A DNA stretch of 64,000 nt from an uncultured Gammaproteobacteria bacterium (GTDB lineage: Bacteria; Patescibacteriota; Microgenomatia; Levybacterales; UBA12049): contig CAZRWL010000002.1 in assembly GCA_964603935.1 (NCBI GenBank), forward strand, positions 9,210-73,209. The letters are read 5' to 3'. The notes below the pieces were generated by a model that saw nothing but the letters and a program-made list of their open reading frames with translations, was not told the origin of the DNA and did not search any database. The position numbers were made by a program, and so were the translations under genes. Positions 31,065 through 40,028 of this stretch are shown one piece after another. The first letter of the stretch is position 1; each line of letters starts with the position of its first letter.

Positions 31065-31074
31065 ACGTAGCAAC

Positions 31075-33543
31075 ATGAATTTATTCTCTCAGATAAAAGA
31101 AAAGACTTCCTTTCAATGGAAGAACTTATATGTCTCAAAACGCAATATTATCATTGTGTCTGTAAGTCTAGTTCTAGCTATCATTACCCTATCCATTCCA
31201 ACATATATACTTCCGGCAACTAAAGAGTATGTGCAAGCACAGCAAGTGAAGAAAGATGCAAAAGATTTACAAAAACACCTTCAAACAGCCTCTAGTAAAC
31301 TAGAGGAGCTAACAGAACTCAGACGCACATCTCCGTTTAAAACAAAAATTCAAAGTAATAATAATTCAAGTAACAAAAATGATTTAGCAATTGTCGCTGT
31401 TGCATATGCGCAATCTCCTTATGACGCATCTCAGCTTCAATCATACATTCGACATGCAGAGCAAACAACTACACTAAGTAACGAACTATTAAGTGAGATC
31501 GAAGCAATAAAAGAAAATACGGTAAAACTCCAACAGGAAGCAGGTAATCCCAACCGTTATGTTGATGAGCATTTATATGCAGAGGCATTGCAGGAAGTTA
31601 AAGAAACAGACAATACAATTAAAGCCACGTATGAACTAGCTACCTTTTATTCAGAATATGGAAAAGCTTCTGCTTTATTTGCGACAGGTATTGCACTAGT
31701 TGAAATCCAACTTCAGCAAAAACAGGAAGTCCAAAATTCAGTAGTAGTTGCGCAAAAACAGCTCCAAGATGCAAATGAAATATTAGCATCTATTAACAAA
31801 AATGAAGCATTTCCAGAAGACTTACGAACAGTGAGCAGTCAAACACAACAAGCATATACTCAGTTATCTCAAGCTCTCTCTCAACTTATATCAGTATCAA
31901 AGAAAAATCCTGATACGCAAGTTGTATACGTACAACAAGAAATTGTTGGCCAGTTGGCTATAGATTATGAGAAATGGAGAGAAATAGAATCTCAAGTATT
32001 GGATCAAGATACGATAAATCGATTTAATGCCAAAGCAAAAGAGCTTTCCCAAAAGATCGAACAGGCAAATCAGAACCAAGTCTCAAATCTTCAGGTAGTT
32101 CTCAAAGTTTTTACCAAAGAAGAAGCGGTTAACCTTTCATCTAAACCTTCGGGATTTCAAACATTTAGGGGATTTCATATCGATAATTCTAACAATCCAA
32201 TAGCCTTACCCGGACAAAAAGTAACAATTACCAATAAAAAGACGGGCGAAGCTGTCTCAACAACTGACACGCCAAATTTCTTTGCTCACAATCTTACCCC
32301 TGGTGTTATGTATCGAGTAGTCGCAGATCCAATTCCGGGCTATCAAATTTCAAATATGGTCTGTTACAATTGTAGCTCCCCAGCAGCCTATTCCTATAAT
32401 AATGGTAATGTTTTTGAGATTGATATTCCTGAAAATACCTATTATGGTGTTTATTTCAAATACATAAAAGGTGATAATGCACAACGATTGCCCACTACCT
32501 CTCCAATACAGATAGACGATTTAGGAATTTCCATAAGCGGCATACGAACAAACCTTGCAATAAAAGCGGGAGAATCCCAGCCTGCATTCACAATTACATC
32601 AACTGGATCTTCTGGAATCTCAATGTATGGATATCCCACAACCTATGGCCCTGGAATTAATTGGAATATAAGCTCAGCAGGCCTTACTGCTGGCCGATCA
32701 ATTGAGATAAAAGTGCAAGTTAATAATAATATTCCAGCAGGCACATATAAAGGAAGCGCCATTATTATTAGTTACCCATCCCAAAAACGTTATACTATAC
32801 CTAATATTGAAGTTACTGTACAAAAAGAAACAACTACTAATCCTACACCAACTTCCGGTTCTAACTCTGATACAACTCCCACACCTACATCAGGAGGTAC
32901 AACATCACCTACCCCTACCCCAGCACAGGCTCCATTTGGCCTTCAAGCAAGTGCTTCTTCCGTAAACCTTACCATAGAAGAAGGAAAAAGCACTAAGGCA
33001 TTTGATATAACTTCTACTGGCGCAACACAATTTTCTCTATACGGATACCCAACAAATTACGGTCCAGGCATAAACTGGTCAGTTTCTTCCGGTGGGATAT
33101 CAAATGGACAAAGTGTACCAGTAGAGATTTCAGTAAATAGCGGTATTAATCCTGGCACGTATTCTGGAAATGCAATTGTTAAAGATCAATCGGGAGCACA
33201 AATTTCTATTCCAGTAAAAGTTACTGTTGTTCGCACGCAAGTTTCACGCTTTGTAAAAGTAACCTCCCCAAATGGCGGTGAAGCACTCAAGGTTGGAGAT
33301 AAAGTTAATATCTCTTGGGAAGGAAATGATATTGATAAGTGTAATGTAGGCTATTCATTCGGCCTGGGATCGTTAAATAATATAAATCCCAATGTATCTA
33401 CGACAGGGAATGGCTCTTATGAGTGGACTGTAAATATTGGTAATACTGCCAATACACAAGTTAAAATCGATCTGTTGTGCTACAAAACAGGAGTTGGACA
33501 AGTAAGTGATCAATCTGACAACTTCTTTACTGTAAATCCATAG
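31075..33543 (+). CDS. Exported or membrane-anchored repeat protein. It has an N-terminal signal anchor, a Gln-rich coiled coil, two ~65-aa internal repeats, a Thr/Pro-rich linker and a C-terminal Kre9/KNH-like (Ser-Thr-rich GPI-anchored family type) domain.
   Basis: TM segment IIIVSVSLVLAIITLSIPTYIL. Repeats YGYPTTYGPGINWNISS / YGYPTNYGPGINWSVSS. Linker TTTNPTPTSGSNSDTTPTPTSGGTTSPTPTP. C-terminus VKVTSPNGGEALKVGDKVNISWEG...YEWTV. Confidence 0.7.
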   Translation: MNLFSQIKEKTSFQWKNLYVSKRNIIIVSVSLVLAIITLSIPTYILPATKEYVQAQQVKKDAKDLQKHLQTASSKLEELTELRRTSPFKTKIQSNNNSSNKNDLAIVAVAYAQSPYDASQLQSYIRHAEQTTTLSNELLSEIEAIKENTVKLQQEAGNPNRYVDEHLYAEALQEVKETDNTIKATYELATFYSEYGKASALFATGIALVEIQLQQKQEVQNSVVVAQKQLQDANEILASINKNEAFPEDLRTVSSQTQQAYTQLSQALSQLISVSKKNPDTQVVYVQQEIVGQLAIDYEKWREIESQVLDQDTINRFNAKAKELSQKIEQANQNQVSNLQVVLKVFTKEEAVNLSSKPSGFQTFRGFHIDNSNNPIALPGQKVTITNKKTGEAVSTTDTPNFFAHNLTPGVMYRVVADPIPGYQISNMVCYNCSSPAAYSYNNGNVFEIDIPENTYYGVYFKYIKGDNAQRLPTTSPIQIDDLGISISGIRTNLAIKAGESQPAFTITSTGSSGISMYGYPTTYGPGINWNISSAGLTAGRSIEIKVQVNNNIPAGTYKGSAIIISYPSQKRYTIPNIEVTVQKETTTNPTPTSGSNSDTTPTPTSGGTTSPTPTPAQAPFGLQASASSVNLTIEEGKSTKAFDITSTGATQFSLYGYPTNYGPGINWSVSSGGISNGQSVPVEISVNSGINPGTYSGNAIVKDQSGAQISIPVKVTVVRTQVSRFVKVTSPNGGEALKVGDKVNISWEGNDIDKCNVGYSFGLGSLNNINPNVSTTGNGSYEWTVNIGNTANTQVKIDLLCYKTGVGQVSDQSDNFFTVNP

Positions 33544-33608
33544 CCTATACTTATTATATTAGAGCCAAGATGCGCAAACCAGACCTACGCTATTTCTTGC
33601 ATGCCGGC

Positions 33609-33644
33609 AAAAAAAAGGAGCCTGGTCTTCGGCCAGGACTCCTT
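33609..33644 (-). terminator. Rho-independent terminator active on the minus strand (GC-rich hairpin followed by T8 on minus). Weak on plus (only TT).
   Basis: Plus strand reads AAAAAAAA-GGAGCCTGG-tcttcgg-CCAGGACTCC-TT. The 8-nt A-run precedes the hairpin on the plus strand, which puts a T8 tail after it on the minus strand. Confidence 0.5.
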
Positions 33645-33665
33645 AAACCTGTCCTTATCATATTT

Positions 33666-33875
33666 CTAGACAACTCTTGATGCTAAAACATTCTGAAAAT
33701 CATGCAGAAAAGTTTTTTTATAAACTTTTTCTGCAAGCGATATTGCCTTTACCAAAGTCCCATATCCTCTTAAAACAAACGACAATGATATTGTCCTTTC
33801 CCTGCCTAATCCGGAGTATGGCTTGGCGACGATTCCTTGCATTACCTGATTCATACAAAAACAGTTTAACTTCAT
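33666..33875 (-). CDS. Candidate small protein gene (69 aa). Alternatively this is the transcribed body of an sRNA ending at the 33609-33644 terminator.
   Basis: ORF is directly upstream (minus sense) of a good intrinsic terminator. No recognisable family, no clear SD. Confidence 0.25.
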   Translation of the reverse strand: MKLNCFCMNQVMQGIVAKPYSGLGRERTISLSFVLRGYGTLVKAISLAEKVYKKTFLHDFQNVLASRVV

Positions 33876-33937
33876 AATTTATTTATTTCAGTAATCCAAA
33901 AAGCAAAAATTTTGTTAAATAAATCACATTATTAAGA

Positions 33938-33967
33938 TTGACAAGCGTATATTTTTTATATTATAAA
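33938..33967 (+). promoter_or_regulatory. Promoter TTGACA - 18 nt - TATAAA, 11 nt upstream of the GTG start at 33979
   Basis: TTGACA 33938-33943, TATAAA 33962-33967. Confidence 0.45.
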
Positions 33968-33978
33968 TAAATACCTAC

Positions 33979-35286
33979 GTGAATAAAATAAAATTTACTA
34001 TACTTATCCTCGTACTTCTTCTCGGCGTAATTCTAAAATTGCACAATTATTCTATCTACCCGCAAAGAGGAGCGACAAGCGATGAATATTCTTATTCTTT
34101 TCAAGGCGTAAGCCTTCTAACCAAAGGAGTTCCCATTTCCTGGTCTTCTTTTACCCAGTACAAAAATTTAAGGCACTTAACTATTGAAAAACTTTATTTC
34201 CCAATAGTATATCCTTATTTTGACCATACCCCTTTGAATGGAATTGTTACAGGTGCATGGGCAGTAGCTTTCGGAGAAAATACTTTTGAAAAAATTCAAC
34301 TCAAAACCATACGCATTGTTCCAATTGCTTTTTCGACAATATCATCCCTTCTGGTATTTTTAATTGGCGTTAAGTTATTTAATTATAAAACAGCAATTTG
34401 GGCCCTTCTTATCTACACTACAACGGTAATTTTTGCAATTCATGGAAGGGTTGTTCTCGCGGAAAATCTAATTACACCCCTTCTTCTTGGCTCTATTTAC
34501 GCTTTCATAAATTTTTATAAAAAAATTAACATTCAAAAAACACTCATTCTTGGAACTTTAGCAGGCTTAACATTTTGGACTAAGGAATTGGGAGTTGTGA
34601 CTTTTCTTACCCTTTTATACTTTTACTTTTCCGAGAAATTAAAAACAAAATATACGGCTCTGCTTATAATTACATTCCTATCTCTTGTCGGATTGTACAT
34701 TACATATGGGATATATTTCGATGCAGAGGTTTTTTGGAAAATTTTAAACCAGCAGTCCGCAAGAATTATCGGTCCGGACACACTTCCCTACATCCTCTCA
34801 AATCCTATTATTGTAAATAAATTTTACGATGACGGATGGTATTTTTTTGGATTCTTTGCCTTTTTTGCTTCATTTTTTCACTACAAAGAATTAAAATTCA
34901 TAATTGTTCCGGCAACTGCTTATTTTCTTCTTTTACTGTTCTCTTTAACGGAAAAAGGAGAGATGGGGTGGTATATTATCCCTCTTTTTCCCTTTATGTC
35001 TCTTTTTATGGCAAAGTTTTTGGTTGAGCAGGTGCAAAAGATAGGATTTGGCACATTTCCGCTTTTGATTTTTGTTGGGCTCTATCTCCTAGAATATGTG
35101 TATGAAGCAAGTTTTGGGCTAACTCCTTTACAATTTAGAATCGGGTTACTTATTCTTTTTTTACCAATCATGTTAACGGTAATATTCAAAAAAGAAAAAG
35201 CTTATAAATTCTTATCCCATTTCTGGTTTTATGCATTTATAGCGGCAAATATTCTATTGACCTACAACTACATCCACCCCTCCTAA
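33979..35286 (+). CDS. Polytopic membrane protein, putative GT-C glycosyltransferase (GTG start)
   Basis: 435 aa. First loop QRGATSDEYSYSFQGV (DE motif loop as in ArnT/PMT-like GT-C), ~11 TM helices. Confidence 0.6.
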   Translation: MNKIKFTILILVLLLGVILKLHNYSIYPQRGATSDEYSYSFQGVSLLTKGVPISWSSFTQYKNLRHLTIEKLYFPIVYPYFDHTPLNGIVTGAWAVAFGENTFEKIQLKTIRIVPIAFSTISSLLVFLIGVKLFNYKTAIWALLIYTTTVIFAIHGRVVLAENLITPLLLGSIYAFINFYKKINIQKTLILGTLAGLTFWTKELGVVTFLTLLYFYFSEKLKTKYTALLIITFLSLVGLYITYGIYFDAEVFWKILNQQSARIIGPDTLPYILSNPIIVNKFYDDGWYFFGFFAFFASFFHYKELKFIIVPATAYFLLLLFSLTEKGEMGWYIIPLFPFMSLFMAKFLVEQVQKIGFGTFPLLIFVGLYLLEYVYEASFGLTPLQFRIGLLILFLPIMLTVIFKKEKAYKFLSHFWFYAFIAANILLTYNYIHPS

Positions 35287-35426
35287 TTCCTCTGCCCTAA
35301 GAATAACGGGGATTCCTGCGACAAAGCCTTTCTTTAAAGCTAATTTCTACCTGAACATCTTAAAAAAATATTACCTTTTTAAGCCTTCAAGAGCAATATA
35401 GACTTTCTAAGAAGAAAGGTCAAGGA

Positions 35427-35816
35427 TTAAGAAATTTGGAAGAACTCTAAGATTGGCTTAAGATGATCTTGAATATATTTATTTACCTGAGTATCCGTAA
35501 AATAATCTTTAGCTAAATTGTTACCAATACCCTCTAAATATCTTGACTCCTTACTTCTTATAAATAGAAAGTTATAATGTTTATGAATTTCCCTATCCCA
35601 CATGGCCAATATTTTTTCTCTCAAAGAATATAAGGATTCATTTGTCCGTTTCGCTCTCCAATACGGATCTCTATTCGTTAGACCTGCGTCAATTGCATGC
35701 AATGCAGCGTAAAATGCTACGGTCAATTTCCAGTCCCTATAATTAGAATCTGTTATGGAATCCAAAAATGATTTATTGTGAGAAGACTGCTTTCTGTGGA
35801 TTTGTTCTAATGGCAT
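35427..35816 (-). CDS. Hypothetical alpha-helical protein, possible HEPN-like (R-x4-H at 75-80). Fourth gene of the NYN cassette.
   Basis: 129 aa. WKLTVAFYAALHAIDAGL helix then REIHKH. 2-nt gap to the upstream gene. Confidence 0.55.
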   Translation of the reverse strand: MPLEQIHRKQSSHNKSFLDSITDSNYRDWKLTVAFYAALHAIDAGLTNRDPYWRAKRTNESLYSLREKILAMWDREIHKHYNFLFIRSKESRYLEGIGNNLAKDYFTDTQVNKYIQDHLKPILEFFQIS

Positions 35817-35818
35817 AA

Positions 35819-36142
35819 CTAGAATATTTTATAATCGTTATCTGTCTCCGCAAATTGCTCTTCTTGAACATATTCAAAATTAAATGCAAAAGAGTAATTG
35901 AATCTCTCGTGAACATTAGCCTGAGCATCTATCAACTTACTTAGCTCTCTGTCAGAAGCTCTATTTTTTAATATAACTTTAACTATTATATCGTCGTGAT
36001 AAATCTGTAAGTATATATTTTTTATTATATTTATACCCCTATATATTTCCTTAATTATGGAACCCAAATCTCTCGTTGAGTATGTTTCAGAATGAACACT
36101 TATGGGAGTTGTCGTATTGGGATCTATTGTAAATGTTTGCAT
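35819..36142 (-). CDS. Hypothetical protein, acidic C-terminus. Third gene of the NYN cassette.
   Basis: 107 aa, no recognisable family. 2-nt intergenic gaps on both sides indicate translational coupling. Confidence 0.55.
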   Translation of the reverse strand: MQTFTIDPNTTTPISVHSETYSTRDLGSIIKEIYRGINIIKNIYLQIYHDDIIVKVILKNRASDRELSKLIDAQANVHERFNYSFAFNFEYVQEEQFAETDNDYKIF

Positions 36143-36144
36143 AT

Positions 36145-36432
36145 TTATTCCTTTATACTTTTGCCCATCTGAGCTTCCAATATTAACCTCAATTCTCTTG
36201 CAATATTCAAGGGTATTGTAACTCTTGAAACTAACATGCCTATCTGGTTACCCTTTTCATCTTTATCATTGGGATGAACATTTACAAAGTCAAACATAAC
36301 TTCTTGATTCGATGTTGAAGTAACCGATACGATATTTGCATGATGACTTTTTCTTATTTCATCACTTGCTTTTACTATTAAATTTACCTTTTGAGGCGTC
36401 TTAATATTGCTCACGGACACATTATAGCACAT
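36145..36432 (-). CDS. Small protein resembling the DUF3467 family. Second gene of the NYN cassette.
   Basis: 95 aa. HHANIVSVTSTSNQEVMFDFVNVHP...GMLVSRVTIPLNIARELRLILEAQMGK fits my recollection of the DUF3467 pattern (AN..V.HT..E..LDF....P...VSRI.M.P..AK.L...L). Confidence 0.55.
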   Translation of the reverse strand: MCYNVSVSNIKTPQKVNLIVKASDEIRKSHHANIVSVTSTSNQEVMFDFVNVHPNDKDEKGNQIGMLVSRVTIPLNIARELRLILEAQMGKSIKE

Positions 36433-36493
36433 CTATTAATTAGCGAGAATGCAATGGTTAATTTACGACGTGGTTTTGAGGCGAGAGAAATTA

Positions 36494-37030
36494 TTACCTG
36501 GATTTGATAAAAGGCAGTAAATCTTCTTTCTTCAGCAGTGTTGACTCCGAACAAAAACTTACCATTCCAACGCTTGGTTTGTGAGAAAAACCTATATATT
36601 CTACGATTTTACCTTTTTCGCGCGCCTTTTTGATTGCCGGGGCTAAATCTGTATCGGAGGAAACAAGAATAATTCGGTCAGATGTATTCTCATAGACAGC
36701 TACCAACATATCTACTGCGATTTGCACATCAACGCCTTTCTCATGGTAAACGCCACTACTTTTTAACAGATATCCAAATTGGTAAGAAACTTTATGCTTC
36801 TTGAGTTTTCCCAATAATTTCTGTTGAGCGTCAAACAATTTTTCTGTCTTTGCCGATCCGTCTTGTCTTATCCGACCAACATAATAACATACGCTAACAA
36901 TATTATTAAGCCGAGCAATATAGCTAGCAAATTTGTTGAAATTAAACGAAAGAAGATTATGAAGTTTTAAATCCTTAAGCTTGAAATAAAAATTGCTTCC
37001 GTCAATGAGAATTACACATTTTTGTTTCAT
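36494..37030 (-). CDS. NYN-domain (LabA/YacP-like, PIN-fold) predicted ribonuclease. First gene of the cassette.
   Basis: CVILIDGSNFYF ... KGVDVQIAVDMLV ... DRIILVSSDTDLAPAIKKAREKGKIV: the acidic residues of the NYN/PIN fold are conserved. Confidence 0.75.
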   Translation of the reverse strand: MKQKCVILIDGSNFYFKLKDLKLHNLLSFNFNKFASYIARLNNIVSVCYYVGRIRQDGSAKTEKLFDAQQKLLGKLKKHKVSYQFGYLLKSSGVYHEKGVDVQIAVDMLVAVYENTSDRIILVSSDTDLAPAIKKAREKGKIVEYIGFSHKPSVGMVSFCSESTLLKKEDLLPFIKSR

Positions 37031-37161
37031 CCATTGATTCTACAGCAAAAAATAAAGCCCTGCAAATGTCTTACGACCTCACAGGGCGATTTAGTATCTA
37101 AATACTAGCATAAACGTGGCAGTTTAGTCAATAGATAAAATGCGAAAAATTAGTTTTGATG

Positions 37162-38280
37162 TTAGTTGCGTTGCCTTAAAAATGCGGGAATGTCCCAAGC
37201 GTCGTCGCTATTGCCGTCAAGAGGCGCTTCCTGCGGACTTGGCGCTTGGCCATCATCCTTTGCTAATTCCTGTTTCGGCACGGCATTATTTATTATAGGC
37301 TTGACGAACTCCTTAAGAGTTTGACGCGTGTGATCGAAGCCTGTCGCGATAACGGCAATTTTAATTTGATCGTGCATGGCTTCATCAATTGTGGCTCCAA
37401 AAATAATATTTGCATCCGGGTCCGCAGCGCTGGAAATAATCTTTGCAGCATCATCCACCTCAGTCATTGTCAAATCAGGTCCGCCTGTAATATTGAACAA
37501 AACTCCCCTTGCCCCATCCATAGATATTTCAAGAAGAGGAGATGCAACCGCAGATCTTGCTGCAATCTGAGCTCTGTTTTCTCCGGATCCGGTACCTATT
37601 CCCATCAAAGCAGACCCGGCGCTGCTCATAATAGCTTTTACATCGGCAAAATCAACATTTATAAGTCCCGGAATAGTAATCAAGTCGGAAATTCCCTGAA
37701 CACCTTGAGACAAGACAGAATCTGCAACGCCAAAAGCCTCCAGCAAAGACACTTTTTTATCCACAACATCTAAAATTCTCTGATTAGGAATAACAATAAG
37801 AGTATCTACTTTCTCCCGAAGAGCTTCTATTCCATCTTCTGCCGCAACCATACGTCTGGTTCCCTCGAAAGCAAAAGGCTTGGTTACAACCGCAACTGTT
37901 AACGCTCCTATTTCTTTAGCCGCCCTAGCAATTACCGCGCTTGCTCCTGTTCCCGTTCCACCTCCCATACCCGCAGTTATAAAAACCATGTCCGACCCAT
38001 CAATAAATTCTTTTATTTTTTCGTAAGATTCTTCTGCAGCTTGTCTGCCTACTTCGGGATTGCCCCCTGACCCCAAACCCTTAGTGAGATTTTCTCCGAT
38101 TTGAATTTTGGTTGAGGCTTTTGACAAAAGAAGAACTTGAGCATCCGTATTAACGGAAATAAAATCAACGCCTTTTACAAGACTCGTAACAATCATGGAA
38201 TTAAGAGCATTCATTCCTCCGCCGCCAACTCCCAAGACTCGGATTTTCGCAAAATTTGTGGTTTGGGGTTTAATTAACAT
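37162..38280 (-). CDS. ftsZ: Cell division GTPase FtsZ
   Basis: [13 protein letters not shown] tubulin signature, T7 loop, acidic C-terminal tail. Confidence 0.95.
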   Translation of the reverse strand: MLIKPQTTNFAKIRVLGVGGGGMNALNSMIVTSLVKGVDFISVNTDAQVLLLSKASTKIQIGENLTKGLGSGGNPEVGRQAAEESYEKIKEFIDGSDMVFITAGMGGGTGTGASAVIARAAKEIGALTVAVVTKPFAFEGTRRMVAAEDGIEALREKVDTLIVIPNQRILDVVDKKVSLLEAFGVADSVLSQGVQGISDLITIPGLINVDFADVKAIMSSAGSALMGIGTGSGENRAQIAARSAVASPLLEISMDGARGVLFNITGGPDLTMTEVDDAAKIISSAADPDANIIFGATIDEAMHDQIKIAVIATGFDHTRQTLKEFVKPIINNAVPKQELAKDDGQAPSPQEAPLDGNSDDAWDIPAFLRQRN

Positions 38281-38336
38281 ATGTTTTTAATCTCACCTAT
38301 CCTAACACCCAATTTTTCAAAAGTCAATGCAACAGT

Positions 38337-39629
38337 TTAGGGCATGAAGGATTTAGCGAAATTAATAACCCGGCTTATTACTTTATTAAAACCCAAATTC
38401 CCAATATTGGGAATGCTTATCCCAAAAGGCAAAGATTGCTTAATGTCCAAAGTTCGCCCAAAAACCGCAAGACCTACAACTGTTGCAAAAGCAGGAGTTT
38501 GTATTTCGTCTATCAATCCTGTCATGTTGATTGGAATTCCTATCCTGACGGGCATTGCGAGCGTTCTTTTTGCGCTGTCTGTTATCCCAACTGTCAGGGC
38601 TCCGCCTCCTGTTATCACGATTCCCGAGGGGGTTTGACCGGCATAACCTGATCTTTTAATTTCCATTCCTATCATTGTAAAAAGCTCATTTAGTCTGGGT
38701 CTTATTATTCCATCTGTTAATGTTTTATGGGAAACTTTTCTGATATCTTCCGACAGACCAAGAGAGCTTAAGTCCAACTCGTCGGTATTTCTGGCTTCTT
38801 TCTCAAATGTTTCTCCCAATCTTTCGATTTTTGGTTTTTTAGATACATTAGATAAATATATTTTTATCTTTTCCGCGGATTCCAAGGAAATCCGAAGTCC
38901 AATTGCCAAATCATTTGTAATATGCCTGGCGCCAATAGGCAAAACCGAGGAATAGGCAACTGACCCATCGAAATAAATGGAAATATCCGTTGTCCCAGCC
39001 CCGATATCAACCAAAACAACACCCAATTCCTTTTCCGTATCGGACAAAACCGCAAGGCTTGAGGAGTATCCGCTAAAAACAACAGCATCCACATCTATTC
39101 CAACCTGCGAAAACGCTTTTTCCAAATTACTCAAAGACGTTGAGGCCGCGGAGATAATATGAGTATCTACCTCAAGCCTTATCCCTTTCATCCCGATTGG
39201 ATCTTTTATGCCCTCCTGACCGTCAACAGTGTAGTTCCTGGGCAAAACATGAATTATTTCTCTGCTTGACGGAAGGGATACGGCCTTCGCGGCATCTATC
39301 ACTCGGTTTAAATCGCTTTCCGCAACCTCTCCCTGACTTGAAGAAACAGCAACAACTCCCCGTGAATTTTGAGATTCGATATGGCTTCCACCGATTGACG
39401 CGACTATGCGGGAAACGGAATATCCGGCCATTCTTTCCGCGCTGTCAAGCGAATTATTGATGGAATCCACAGCCTCTTTTATGTCCACTATCTGACCTTT
39501 CTTAATTCCCTTTGAGGCAACTTCCGAAACTCCTAATACGTTTACCGAATCATCGCCGACTCTTGAAATGATGGTAACAATTTTTGAGGTTCCGATATCA
39601 ACACCTACAACTATTTTTCCGTCCAACAT
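38337..39629 (-). CDS. ftsA: Cell division protein FtsA (actin-like ATPase)
   Basis: VGVDIGTSKIVTII ... DIGAGTTDISIY. Confidence 0.9.
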   Translation of the reverse strand: MLDGKIVVGVDIGTSKIVTIISRVGDDSVNVLGVSEVASKGIKKGQIVDIKEAVDSINNSLDSAERMAGYSVSRIVASIGGSHIESQNSRGVVAVSSSQGEVAESDLNRVIDAAKAVSLPSSREIIHVLPRNYTVDGQEGIKDPIGMKGIRLEVDTHIISAASTSLSNLEKAFSQVGIDVDAVVFSGYSSSLAVLSDTEKELGVVLVDIGAGTTDISIYFDGSVAYSSVLPIGARHITNDLAIGLRISLESAEKIKIYLSNVSKKPKIERLGETFEKEARNTDELDLSSLGLSEDIRKVSHKTLTDGIIRPRLNELFTMIGMEIKRSGYAGQTPSGIVITGGGALTVGITDSAKRTLAMPVRIGIPINMTGLIDEIQTPAFATVVGLAVFGRTLDIKQSLPFGISIPNIGNLGFNKVISRVINFAKSFMP

Positions 39630-39635
39630 ACTTAT

Positions 39636-40028
39636 TTAAAAAGAAATAACGGGTTCTTTAAATCTTAAATCTATGCTTTTAAACGTCTTATCTTCTATTG
39701 TAAGCGCTCGCAGTATTCTTTGTAAAGAGGCTATTTGATTATCGATGTTTTTTTGAGAAGAAAGTTTAACTTGCCCATTATTCTGAATATTAATTACATA
39801 CGAAGAATCGAAAAAAGCAATGGAAGAAAATGAGATATTTTTTTCTTTCAGGATTTTTTCAATTTTTGCCGAATTTTCGCTTTTACCCAAAGGGGAAATA
39901 AGCTGCTGGTTTTTTAAAGAAAAAATTACATAAATAAAAAAACCTAAAAAAAGGAATAATTCAAATAGGAAAATCGTTTTTATTTTTTTCCTAAAAATCC
40001 TATTGCTGCGTTTTATCTTTACTAACAT
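39636..40028 (-). CDS. ftsQ: Minimal FtsQ/DivIB-like protein (N-terminal TM plus short POTRA-like region)
   Basis: 130 aa, single TM helix, located between murG and ftsA as ftsQ is in dcw clusters. Confidence 0.5.
   Translation of the reverse strand: MLVKIKRSNRIFRKKIKTIFLFELFLFLGFFIYVIFSLKNQQLISPLGKSENSAKIEKILKEKNISFSSIAFFDSSYVINIQNNGQVKLSSQKNIDNQIASLQRILRALTIEDKTFKSIDLRFKEPVISF

Noticed and set aside
30822-31074. Possible T-box leader upstream of ileS
   Set aside because: The intergenic region is only 253 bp and is shared with a divergent promoter. The ileS -10 hexamer sits 7 nt from the ATG. No AGGGTGGNACCGCG T-box sequence is present.
37321-37773. 150-aa Cys-rich plus-strand ORF inside ftsZ
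   Set aside because: It is antisense to ftsZ. Its Cys/Arg richness is a codon-complement artifact of the Gly/Ala-rich FtsZ core.
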